Source of the DNA: an uncultured archaeon
GTDB lineage: Archaea > Altiarchaeota > Altiarchaeia > IMC4 > SCGC-AAA252-I15
DNA length: 47,687 nucleotides
Direction: 5' to 3'
Assembly: GCA_902384455.1 (NCBI GenBank)
Contig: CABMCB010000025.1
Coordinates: forward strand, 1-47,687
Shown: positions 28,648 to 36,977 of the stretch, piece by piece
How positions within the stretch are numbered: position 1 is the first letter of the stretch
How the letters are laid out: each line of letters opens with the position of its first letter
Position numbers and translations under genes: made by a program
The notes under the pieces: model-generated
Told to the model about the DNA's origin: nothing
Database searches by the model: none
What the model saw: the letters and a program-made list of their open reading frames with translations, nothing else

Positions 28648-28902
28648 ATGGTAATCGGTGTTCCAAATACGAAGTGCCCGCACGGAGTCTTCCTAGCGGG
28701 CGAACCAGTGGCACGGTATTGCTCTTTCTGCAACCCTGCATCCGCCTATGGCTATGGCATAAGTGGTGGTCAGGGCGAGCCAATCCCGGTTGAACCCTTG
28801 CCGGACACAACGGAATGGGATGAAATCGAGAACGCACCTGACCCGGAGCTAACTCTTGAAGAAGAGCTGGCGCAATTAGATAAGGTGAAACTGGACGACT
28901 AA
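28648..28902 (+). CDS. Small protein with CxHGV...YCxFC motif and acidic tail
   Basis: KCPHGVFLAGEPVARYCSFCNP; GGAGG RBS. Confidence 0.65.
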   Translation: MVIGVPNTKCPHGVFLAGEPVARYCSFCNPASAYGYGISGGQGEPIPVEPLPDTTEWDEIENAPDPELTLEEELAQLDKVKLDD

Positions 28903-29029
28903 ATGCAATTCAAATCCCAAAGCGCACAACGTACTGCGGCACGGAAACAGGGACACCGTGACCGCATAGAGCGCCGTTGGGCTGGCCACGTCCCGCCGAT
29001 TCAAATTTGGAACGAACAGGAGAGCACCG

Positions 29030-29239
29030 ATGGCAATGGAAGTCATAACGACACCCGACCGAGACAAGCGCGACCAGATGTTCCAGGAACTTCGCAACAG
29101 TGACCAAGCAAACGAACGGGAAGTGGTGAAGTTTTCGGGTGTCGAACAGCTGACCCCGATGAGCCGCGATGCCAAGACCGGGCGGATTATCCGGGCGACG
29201 TATCGAAGCACCTATTCGGTGGCCTACCCGACGTCCTAG
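29030..29239 (+). CDS. Hypothetical protein
   Basis: AGGAG RBS. Confidence 0.55.
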   Translation: MAMEVITTPDRDKRDQMFQELRNSDQANEREVVKFSGVEQLTPMSRDAKTGRIIRATYRSTYSVAYPTS

Positions 29240-29305
29240 TACTTTGGGACTGCTCTAATTGGGTACTGCTGTACCATTGCGGCTCTTATAGGCCAATGTT
29301 ACATT
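29233..29305 (+). promoter_or_regulatory. Promoter with tandem GTAC boxes
   Basis: GTCC-TA-GTAC-TTTG-GGAC; 24 bp later GTAC-TGCT-GTAC-CA; then TTGCGG-17-TACATT with TGn extension. Confidence 0.65.
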
Positions 29306-29324
29306 GGAAGTGTAAGAAGGACAT

Positions 29325-29531
29325 ATGAGCGCAACCAACTACAGCGGTGAACAACAATACGTCCTCCGGGTAGCCGAGCACGTGGTACAAGTGCTGCCGG
29401 CAGGACACAAAGTTCGCCTCCGGGAATTGACCTTTCATGGCTGCGAGCCGGTTTACATCTTCAACGGTCTCGGGTATGCTGTACGGCGCACTGAAGGCGG
29501 GTGGTGGGAAACCACGGGAGGTTTGAAGTGA
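29325..29531 (+). CDS. Hypothetical protein
   Basis: AAGGA RBS; follows the promoter. Confidence 0.6.
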   Translation: MSATNYSGEQQYVLRVAEHVVQVLPAGHKVRLRELTFHGCEPVYIFNGLGYAVRRTEGGWWETTGGLK

Positions 29532-29611
29532 GCCCGTGGTTTATCATAGGTGTTCTCAGCATGCTCACCTGGCTGATGGTGTTCAACCCTAAACATTGGA
29601 GGAAACGGTGA
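29528..29611 (+). CDS. 27 aa membrane peptide
   Basis: MSPWFIIGVLSMLTWLMVFNPKHWRKR; GGAGG RBS; GTGA overlaps at both ends. Confidence 0.5.
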   Translation: MSPWFIIGVLSMLTWLMVFNPKHWRKR

Positions 29612-30180
29612 CTATTTATTTGGCGGTCGTGACGAGGTACCTGCTCCGGTTCGGAATGGGGACCGCGTTTGCCCTGCTGCTTTGGGCGTATAACCCTGGC
29701 CCGACCCCCGCGCCAATTAAGTGCGCCTCACCAACCGAAGCCAGCATCAAGGCACAGGTTGAGGCAGAACGGTATGCCAAGAGGATTGAACAAGCGACAC
29801 GAGTTGCCGCACGTCTTTACAAGCACTATGGGGTTTGCAGCCAGTATGCCGAGCTCACCGGCCGGTATGCTATCGAAACTGGCATCCCAGTCAAGGTGCT
29901 GGCTGCCCTGGTGTACGTTGAAAGCAGCTGCAACCCGAACGCAGTAAGCGAATGCCACGCAATAGGGCTCATGCAGATTAACCCGCGTGTGTGGCACTAC
30001 AGCCATGCGGAGCTGACGGACCCCGAGCGCAATATGGCGGCCGGCACCAGGATTCTCGCTGGCTACATTCACAAGCACGGGCTCGTCAGTGGGTTGCATC
30101 ATTACAACGGATTGGGCAATCCCACTAACGAGTATGCGAACAAGGTGTTGCTAGTGGCCGGTTACGCACCGGTAGTATGA
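29608..30180 (+). CDS. Lytic transglycosylase (SLT) with N-terminal hydrophobic segment
   Basis: ALVYVESS (catalytic Glu), AIGLMQI, HYNG; GGAGG before GTG 29608. Confidence 0.85.
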   Translation: MTIYLAVVTRYLLRFGMGTAFALLLWAYNPGPTPAPIKCASPTEASIKAQVEAERYAKRIEQATRVAARLYKHYGVCSQYAELTGRYAIETGIPVKVLAALVYVESSCNPNAVSECHAIGLMQINPRVWHYSHAELTDPERNMAAGTRILAGYIHKHGLVSGLHHYNGLGNPTNEYANKVLLVAGYAPVV

Positions 30181-30251
30181 TTTTCTAGGTAGCGACCGTA
30201 GCGCCGACGGAGAACGGCGGTATCCGGCAGTTGGCCGGGAGTTGGCGCAAT

Positions 30252-30545
30252 ATGATTACCCGACTGAACAAGATTCTCAGCAGCGCACGGAAACGGCTCA
30301 AGATTACCAAGACCGACGTGCTGGCGGTTCACCTAGAAGAAGCGGCAGGGTGCGACCAGTGCGTCAAACTGTTGAGCCTACGGTTCAGTTTGAGGTTCAT
30401 TGTCCATGCGGTCGATGCGCACAACATGGACCACCAAAAGGCTATCCAGATTCTCGAACGGTGCGACGTCGCAAGACGGGCGTGGCGGACAGGAGAGAAA
30501 TGTGAAGAAGACCGACTGGAAGCACATCTCCAACGAAATTACTAG
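30252..30545 (+). CDS. Hypothetical protein
   Basis: Packed ORF with a CxxC. Confidence 0.5.
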   Translation: MITRLNKILSSARKRLKITKTDVLAVHLEEAAGCDQCVKLLSLRFSLRFIVHAVDAHNMDHQKAIQILERCDVARRAWRTGEKCEEDRLEAHLQRNY

Positions 30546-30780
30546 GGCGCTTGAGCAATATGCCAGGCGCTCAGTAAAGAACAAAAGAGCGGACGTGGTA
30601 GACCTTCAACGGCAACTTGCCCTTGCTAACTCCATCATCGAAACCAAGAACAAGGCCCTGAACGATATGCTAGCCGTCCCACATGGGGCGGGTGCTGGCG
30701 CACACAGCGGGAATGGTGGTGTCCCAAACCACGGTGAACCGGGTTTGAGCACGCAGGGCAAAGATTCCATCGGAGGATAA
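30502..30780 (+). CDS. Hypothetical coiled-coil protein
   Basis: AGGAG before GTG 30502. Confidence 0.5.
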   Translation: MKKTDWKHISNEITRALEQYARRSVKNKRADVVDLQRQLALANSIIETKNKALNDMLAVPHGAGAGAHSGNGGVPNHGEPGLSTQGKDSIGG

Positions 30781-30782
30781 CC

Positions 30783-31379
30783 TTGAACCCAGAAAACGAA
30801 CTCACTCGAGAGACTGTTGGACAGCCTGCGGCACCGCCGCCAGTTATTGATATGAGCGGTGGTGGGCATAAACCGAGCGAAGTCGAACAGGCTTGGGATA
30901 AGATGGTGACTTCTCTTATCCGCAAGTCCAAGGGGCTGAGCGAAGGCGAATCAGTGACACTCCCGACCGGGGAGACTGGGCACTACGTCAAGTATGCGTA
31001 CGATGCCTATGGCCGGCTCTCGATGGGCAAGGGTCGCGGCCGCAAGCGGGTCCGGTTTACCGCTCACAAGGCCAATGAGGCGCGAGCTTTCGGCGCCATC
31101 TTCAACACTCTGCTGTCAGGCGCCCTGGTTGCCTCCTGGAAACGTGCTCAGGCAGAAGCTGTGGCTGCAAGCACTGAGGAGAACAAGGTAGAGCCAAAGC
31201 CAATCACTCCGGAGAAGTTCCAGGAGTTGCAGAAGTGGGTTGCCAAGAAAGCGGAGGTGATTCACAATGAGCCAAAGAAAGCAACAGCCAAAGCCACCCG
31301 CAAACGGCAGCAGCTCGCCCGCCGACAGAATTTTGGCTTGCTGCCTGGGAATCAAGCGCGGGCTTGCTTCTCCAAATAG
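30783..31379 (+). CDS. Hypothetical basic protein
   Basis: GGAGG RBS; 198 aa. Confidence 0.6.
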   Translation: MNPENELTRETVGQPAAPPPVIDMSGGGHKPSEVEQAWDKMVTSLIRKSKGLSEGESVTLPTGETGHYVKYAYDAYGRLSMGKGRGRKRVRFTAHKANEARAFGAIFNTLLSGALVASWKRAQAEAVAASTEENKVEPKPITPEKFQELQKWVAKKAEVIHNEPKKATAKATRKRQQLARRQNFGLLPGNQARACFSK

Positions 31380-31454
31380 CAGTTCACTCTTGGATGACCT
31401 CACGATTTATATCGTCATCCTCATCCTGGCACTAATCACCGTTGGAGGAGGGGC

Positions 31455-31676
31455 ATGGGTGTGGTAAACTCAGTCAAAGAATGGTTGAAACACTGGCGGT
31501 GTGTTATTCGCCACCGGCCACACCACTTCACTGTTCAGGGTACGTTGCTCTGCCGCATTTGCGACGCGCACCTCTTGGAATACATCATCAATGTCACACG
31601 AAACAAATTCGAGCAACCCAACGACCTTACCGACTTCGTTGCCGGAGCCGCGAGTGGCCTGGCGGGTCGGGAGTGA
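31455..31676 (+). CDS. Hypothetical protein
   Basis: GGAGGAGG RBS. Confidence 0.55.
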   Translation: MGVVNSVKEWLKHWRCVIRHRPHHFTVQGTLLCRICDAHLLEYIINVTRNKFEQPNDLTDFVAGAASGLAGRE

Positions 31677-31715
31677 ATGTCCCAAGTGTGGATGTTTCAC
31701 AGTAGTTGACGGCGA

Positions 31716-31937
31716 ATGTACGTGGTGCCACCACAAATCGGAGCCGACGTGAAGAAACACTTCGCTTTCATCGCGATGTACTTTGGAATGTCCTGGTGGT
31801 TTCTCTGGACCGCCATCTTCTTCTTGATAGCCGGCCCGGCGCAAATGCTTGTCAGGAAGATGAACCAAATTGTCGGCACCGACCAGGCACGCAAAGACGG
31901 CTTTATCGTCGACGGCAACCAGTTCAACATCAACTAG
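31716..31937 (+). CDS. Small membrane protein (start may be GTG 31748)
   Basis: Hydrophobic FAFIAMYFGMSWWFLWTAIFFLIAG. Confidence 0.5.
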   Translation: MYVVPPQIGADVKKHFAFIAMYFGMSWWFLWTAIFFLIAGPAQMLVRKMNQIVGTDQARKDGFIVDGNQFNIN

Positions 31938-31963
31938 ACGTCGTCACTCCAACCCTGTATAAT
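31935..31963 (+). promoter_or_regulatory. Sigma70-like promoter of the que/dpd operon
   Basis: TAGACG-17-TATAAT, 9 nt before queD ATG 31973. Confidence 0.7.
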
Positions 31964-31972
31964 AGGTGGCGT

Positions 31973-32443
31973 ATGATTACTGCAAAACGGTACCACGATA
32001 TTTGCGCGGGACATAGGGTTGTCGGCCACGAAGGAAAATGCCGAAATCTTCACGGCCATAATTACCGCATCACGTTCACTTGTCAGGCCGACGAGTTGGA
32101 CAATGTCGGGCGCGTGGTGGACTTCTCCGTTATCAATTCAACACTGTGCCAGCATCTTGAAACTGAGTGGGACCACCGCATGCTGATTTGGAATGAAGAC
32201 CCGCTGCTAGACCGCGATGAAGGCGCCTGCCTTCAACATCTGGACCCGACCGTCGTCATCGTACCATTCAACCCGACCGCCGAGAACATCGCCAAGCACC
32301 TCGTTGAAGTAGTTGGCCCGATGGTGCTGCCGCCAGGGGTGCGACTCATCCGGTGCGAAGTGGAGGAAACCCGCAAGTGCGCCGCTGTTTATGAGCTTTC
32401 ATGTTGCCACGGGAACTGCTATGTGGAAGGCGGAGGACTTTAA
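31973..32443 (+). CDS. queD: 6-carboxytetrahydropterin synthase
   Basis: AGHR, CRNLHGHNY, DH, PTAENIA, EET. Confidence 0.92.
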   Translation: MITAKRYHDICAGHRVVGHEGKCRNLHGHNYRITFTCQADELDNVGRVVDFSVINSTLCQHLETEWDHRMLIWNEDPLLDRDEGACLQHLDPTVVIVPFNPTAENIAKHLVEVVGPMVLPPGVRLIRCEVEETRKCAAVYELSCCHGNCYVEGGGL

Positions 32444-33210
32444 TGCCGACATACACTCAGCCATTGAAACCACTAGGCGGCCACCTGAAGATTGTGGAGA
32501 TTTTCGAGACGGTACAGGGTGAAGGTAAGTATGCTGGTGTGCCGAGTATGTTCCTCAGGACCGGCGCCTGCAATCTGGAATGTGCGGGATGCGATACTAA
32601 GTGGGACCGTTGGTCGGAGATGCCGTATGCTGAAGCCGCGGCTATAGTGCTTGACCACAAATCCAGCCACCTCGTCCTAACTGGCGGCGAACCGACTCTG
32701 TGGCAGCCGCAACTCGGTGAGTTCCTGGAAGTACTCGATACTGCGTCCGAATCCCAGCCTGCTAACTTTCATACCGTCACCGTGGAATCAAATGGTGCCG
32801 TGCCAATTCGTGCGGGCGCGTTTTTGAATCGTGTTGACCTGTGGAGCTTCTCGCCAAAGGTCGGCACACTCGGCCGAGAAGAATACTTCCATTGGGAAGT
32901 CGTGCTGGAAAATCTCCGGTTGACAGAAGGACAGAACCAGTTGAAGTATGTTCTGGACCCGAACGTGCCGGAGGATGTGGACCGTGTATTTAAGTTCCAC
33001 GAGCAGGCACAGATATTTGTGCCGGACGAGTTCGTTTACTTCCAGCCGTACGACACGGAAACCCTAGTCAACATTCTTCATGCGCCAGGGCTGGACGATA
33101 TCACGTCGTACCTTCGCCGGCTAACGGCACTGACCAAGTTGGTCGCAGAACGGTCTGAACAGCGGTTCCGTGTGTTGCCACAACTTCATAAATTGTTGTC
33201 GTACCGCTAG
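32443..33210 (+). CDS. queE: 7-carboxy-7-deazaguanine synthase (radical SAM)
   Basis: EIFETVQGEG, CNLECAGCDT, LTGGEP, ESNG, SPK, PQLHK; TAATG-coupled to queD. Confidence 0.92.
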   Translation: MPTYTQPLKPLGGHLKIVEIFETVQGEGKYAGVPSMFLRTGACNLECAGCDTKWDRWSEMPYAEAAAIVLDHKSSHLVLTGGEPTLWQPQLGEFLEVLDTASESQPANFHTVTVESNGAVPIRAGAFLNRVDLWSFSPKVGTLGREEYFHWEVVLENLRLTEGQNQLKYVLDPNVPEDVDRVFKFHEQAQIFVPDEFVYFQPYDTETLVNILHAPGLDDITSYLRRLTALTKLVAERSEQRFRVLPQLHKLLSYR

Positions 33211-33228
33211 TTCTACCTTGGAGATAGA

Positions 33229-34305
33229 ATGAGCAGACATAATCCTTTGGACTTATCAAATCAAGTTTTCGGTTCATGGACTGTGTTGGAACTTTGCCAT
33301 GATGCGGATAAACACGGGCGACGCTGGGTTTGCCGCTGTGCTTGTGGTACCATTGCCAACATTAGCCAACAGAGCTTGACAGACAGTAGGTCCACTTCTT
33401 GCGGTTGTGTCGGCAATTTGAAGAAAGGGCACAGGGTACATGGCGACGGTAGCTCGCACAATGGTAAAAAGAAGGCACCAGAATACTCCGCCTGGGAGTC
33501 CATGATTGCGCGGTGTACTAGAGAAAATCACCCGTCTTACCAAGACTACGGGGGACGAGGTATCAAGGTCTGCGACCGTTGGGTTGTGGCGGCTGGCGGC
33601 TCCTATGAAAATTTTCTTGCTGATATCGGCCGACGGCCGACGGAGAATCACAGCCTGGACCGCAAGGATAACGATAAGGGCTACTCCCCCGATAATTGCC
33701 GGTGGGCAACGAAGGAAGAACAGTGGCAGAACACCAGGAGAATCCTTAACCCCGCGGAGTACCACGTCCGCTTAATTTTGAGAGATATCGGCGAAGACCC
33801 CAACCGGCCAGGGCTACTTGACACGCCATCCCGTGTGGTGAAGAGTTGGAAAGAACTCTTTGCTGGCTATGGACAAAATCCGTCTGATATCCTCCGTCGC
33901 CAATTTATCCAAGAAGGATATAAGACGGACGAAATGGTTGTGCTCAAAGATATTGAACTCTATAGTTTCTGCGAACATCACATGCTACCTTTCACTGGAC
34001 GGGCTCATGTGGCCTACATTCCAAATGCGAACCGCGTGGTTGGCCTGTCGAAGCTGGCGCGGCTTGTGGATTGCTTCGCCCGCCGGCTCCAAATCCAAGA
34101 GAAGCTGACCAACCAGATTGCCGATGCCCTTGTCGAGAATCTACAGCCACAAGGCGCCGCGGTGGTGATTGAGGCAAAACACCATTGCATGTGCGCGAGA
34201 GGAATCGGGAAGCAACACAGCTCCATGACCACCAGCGCACTCCGTGGTGTGTTCAAAGAGAAGAACGAGGTCCGTCAAGAGTTCCTTCGGTTGATACACG
34301 ACTAA
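33229..34305 (+). CDS. folE: HNH endonuclease fused in frame to GTP cyclohydrolase I
   Basis: N-terminal ~170 aa HNH ([34 protein letters not shown]); C-terminal FolE ([32 protein letters not shown]). Confidence 0.9.
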   Translation: MSRHNPLDLSNQVFGSWTVLELCHDADKHGRRWVCRCACGTIANISQQSLTDSRSTSCGCVGNLKKGHRVHGDGSSHNGKKKAPEYSAWESMIARCTRENHPSYQDYGGRGIKVCDRWVVAAGGSYENFLADIGRRPTENHSLDRKDNDKGYSPDNCRWATKEEQWQNTRRILNPAEYHVRLILRDIGEDPNRPGLLDTPSRVVKSWKELFAGYGQNPSDILRRQFIQEGYKTDEMVVLKDIELYSFCEHHMLPFTGRAHVAYIPNANRVVGLSKLARLVDCFARRLQIQEKLTNQIADALVENLQPQGAAVVIEAKHHCMCARGIGKQHSSMTTSALRGVFKEKNEVRQEFLRLIHD

Positions 34306-34310
34306 ACCTT

Positions 34311-34676
34311 ATGACCCCGGAACAAATCATTGCGGCAATGCTGCCGCATCTAACACTTGACCTTGCGCCGCCGAAATGGCAACGGCTAGCACGAAAGCAC
34401 AACGTCAAGACATTGGGCTTTGGAACTTGTTACCCGGCCGCTGAGGTGCTGTATTATCTGTGGGGCAAGGCCAATGGGTTCAAACCGTGCTATAAGAAAG
34501 ATGGCACGTTGCAGCACTGGTTCCTGCGACATCCAGACGGGAGAGTGCTGGACCCATCCGCCAACCAGTTTGAAGGACGGCTGCCAGATTACGCAGGCGG
34601 ACGGTGCTGTGGGTTTCTGACCAAAGGTTTATCGAAACGGGCGGCAGTATTGCTTGGCCGGATGGGCATGCAATGA
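34311..34676 (+). CDS. Small protein with putative papain/transglutaminase-like Cys-His-Asp triad
   Basis: GTCYPAAE...QHWFL...VLDPS; ATGA-coupled to the dpdA-like gene. Confidence 0.55.
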   Translation: MTPEQIIAAMLPHLTLDLAPPKWQRLARKHNVKTLGFGTCYPAAEVLYYLWGKANGFKPCYKKDGTLQHWFLRHPDGRVLDPSANQFEGRLPDYAGGRCCGFLTKGLSKRAAVLLGRMGMQ

Positions 34677-35662
34677 TACTTTATACAGCAGGAAACATGA
34701 ACCCGCAAGTCCTCGCGGGCATGTCAGAACGCACTAATGCCAAGAACTGGCTTGAAACCAACGCACACAAGGGCTCCCGTGACTGTGCGGACTGGTTTGC
34801 GAGTCCGTTCTGCGCCGACACGGAAGGCAACGGCGTTACCGGCTTCCGGCTATTCATTGACTCCGGCGCCTTCACAGCATGGGTGAAGGGCAAACCAATT
34901 GACCATGATGCGTACATCCAATACTGCAAAGGGCTGCTGGAAACCGCGGTGTGCCCTGTGGTGTTCGCTAGCCTAGACGTTATCCCAGGCAGTTTGACTG
35001 GGCCACCGCTCGAAGAAAACGACCCAGAGTTTGCTCGTGCGGCTGCGGCGGGTTGGCAGAACTACCTGAAGGAAAAAGCGGCTGGCCTCAAGACTATCCC
35101 GACGTTCCACCAGGGCGACCCGTGGGAGTTCCTTGACTTGATGATGGCGGACACTGACTACATCGGCATCAGTCCGCGCAAGGTCGCCAAGACTACGGCG
35201 CAGAAGGGTGACTGGCTCAATCAAGTGTTTCAACGCATTGATGCTGCCGGCAAACTACCGAAGCCAGGGAACATGCACAATGCCATCAAGACACATGGGC
35301 TCGGTGTGTCCTCGCCTGTGTTCATGGAGACGTTTCCCTTCTACTCCGTAGACTCGACACGTTGGCTCCAAGGTGGCAATGGCTACTTCTTCTTCTTCGA
35401 TGGCCACCGCATCCAACTTATCTTCTCTACAGACTGGGGCGGGCTGCATTGGTCGGTCAAGGACAAGATGCACTTTCGCGGGCGCTGCACTGGGGAAATC
35501 TATGCCCCAACGTCTTGGACACTGAGCGCAATACATCATTACCGTGCGCCCTATCAGGCAAAACTGGTATACTACTTTCACGAACGGGGCATCCGTGCGG
35601 ATGCTGAGATGAATGCCCACATCATTGAGCATTGGGAAGCACGGGGAGTGACATGGAACTGA
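34673..35662 (+). CDS. dpdA: DpdA-like DNA deazaguanine transglycosylase (TGT-like fold)
   Basis: FIDSGAF, LDVIPG, IPTFHQG, HGLG, SVDSTRW motifs; inside the queD-queE-folE operon. Confidence 0.75.
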   Translation: MILYTAGNMNPQVLAGMSERTNAKNWLETNAHKGSRDCADWFASPFCADTEGNGVTGFRLFIDSGAFTAWVKGKPIDHDAYIQYCKGLLETAVCPVVFASLDVIPGSLTGPPLEENDPEFARAAAAGWQNYLKEKAAGLKTIPTFHQGDPWEFLDLMMADTDYIGISPRKVAKTTAQKGDWLNQVFQRIDAAGKLPKPGNMHNAIKTHGLGVSSPVFMETFPFYSVDSTRWLQGGNGYFFFFDGHRIQLIFSTDWGGLHWSVKDKMHFRGRCTGEIYAPTSWTLSAIHHYRAPYQAKLVYYFHERGIRADAEMNAHIIEHWEARGVTWN

Positions 35663-36222
35663 AGACAATCGAGCTCAAACATCTCGCGGCCGCCTCGTGG
35701 CGGTTTAGTGAAGACCTGTCGCTCAATCACAGTGAACTGCGGTTCTACTCTCCCATTCAGCACAACATTGAAGTTTCTCTCAAGCGGGACGGACAAATTG
35801 CCCCAATCCACGTCCGGTTAGTTGCGGACCTCATGTACGAAGTTGTGGATGGCCACATCGTGCTAGATGCGGCAAAGAAGTTGGGGTTGACCTCCCTGTT
35901 GGTGATTGACCACGGCACTCTCGATGACACAGAGGCCCTGCTTCGATACATCACATTGAACTTGAATCGCTGCGGGCAATACGGCCACTATCACGTTAAG
36001 ATTCATCGCACTCTTGGCCTGCTATGGCCAGACGTTGATACTGCCACCCGCGCTGCCCGGCTTGGTGAGTATATGTCTTGGCCGGCAGAGCGCATTCAAG
36101 ACTATGTGGAGTTGGCAGAACGGGACGACAACTGGCAAAAGTTTATGTTTGTGCCCAAAGACGACGGAGAGCAGTCCGGCTTCTTTGCTGGTGAAGAGCA
36201 CCCTGTGGAGGATTGGCAATGA
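35653..36222 (+). CDS. ParB/Srx N-terminal domain protein
   Basis: SLKRDGQIAPIHVR...YEVVDGH...AAKKLG. Confidence 0.7.
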   Translation: MELKTIELKHLAAASWRFSEDLSLNHSELRFYSPIQHNIEVSLKRDGQIAPIHVRLVADLMYEVVDGHIVLDAAKKLGLTSLLVIDHGTLDDTEALLRYITLNLNRCGQYGHYHVKIHRTLGLLWPDVDTATRAARLGEYMSWPAERIQDYVELAERDDNWQKFMFVPKDDGEQSGFFAGEEHPVEDWQ

Positions 36223-36977
36223 CGCAATTGCTTTTGCCTGATACACGTATCTTCACATTGGCAGATGATACGCCCGGTGTTGTCGTTGAAAGTGGGCATG
36301 TTTACATTGTCAAATTGGTTGGACAAAAGTCACCTGTGCGGCTTTCTAGGCATGAGTTTCTAGTGATTGAAGACCGCGCAGACGTGGCGAGCCAACAAGC
36401 GCGCATCGAGATTTATCGGCGAGCCGCAGCCCTCGATGCTGCGTTCCCGGATACTTCAGGACTTGAGTTTGGCAGCGACAAGGAAGCGAAACAGATTAAG
36501 AGAGCACGGCTGAATTTTCTGCTATCAGTGAAGACTATTTTCAAGCCACAGGATATTGGCGACCTCGCTCCGTATCTTATGGACCAACACCAGCACGGTG
36601 CTGTCCGAATCAAATTTTCATTTCCTGATGCTATCCTTGAGGAAGTAACAACAGGATTGGCTGACATGGGAGTCAAAACTTTGGCCGGACACTTCCGCCC
36701 CATTGTGTATGGTGCGAGGAAAGAAAATGCGGAGCGCCGGTGGGCACCGAGCGGACTTATTACTTTCCCAAAGCCAGCCGATGTTGGAATTATTCCAGAT
36801 GAATTCCGCGCACGACGTGGTAAATTTAACGGCAGCTTCACCGAAGAAACTCCTGGCACTATTGAGTTGGCTAACTGGCGCCTAGCCGTTGGTGTTGCCA
36901 AGATGCTGGACGTTCCACTCCGCACCCACGATGGAACGGAAGACCGTCAGACAAGCATCTACGATTTGGAGGATTAA
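36219..36977 (+). CDS. Hypothetical protein closing the dpd operon
   Basis: ATGA-coupled; no recognised motif. Confidence 0.6.
   Translation: MTQLLLPDTRIFTLADDTPGVVVESGHVYIVKLVGQKSPVRLSRHEFLVIEDRADVASQQARIEIYRRAAALDAAFPDTSGLEFGSDKEAKQIKRARLNFLLSVKTIFKPQDIGDLAPYLMDQHQHGAVRIKFSFPDAILEEVTTGLADMGVKTLAGHFRPIVYGARKENAERRWAPSGLITFPKPADVGIIPDEFRARRGKFNGSFTEETPGTIELANWRLAVGVAKMLDVPLRTHDGTEDRQTSIYDLED

Noticed and set aside
28903-29103. 66 aa ORF
   Set aside because: No clear RBS and overlaps 29030..29239 by 74 nt; possible but unsupported.
4852-29274. Calling the GTAC-N4-GTAC boxes LexA sites
   Set aside because: They resemble cyanobacterial LexA boxes, but nothing else suggests that host, and the fixed position beside -35 fits a phage factor equally well; left unassigned.
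31706-31972. N-terminal extension of QueD in the ORF track
   Set aside because: A promoter at 31935-31963 and QueD similarity starting at Met 31973 place the start there.
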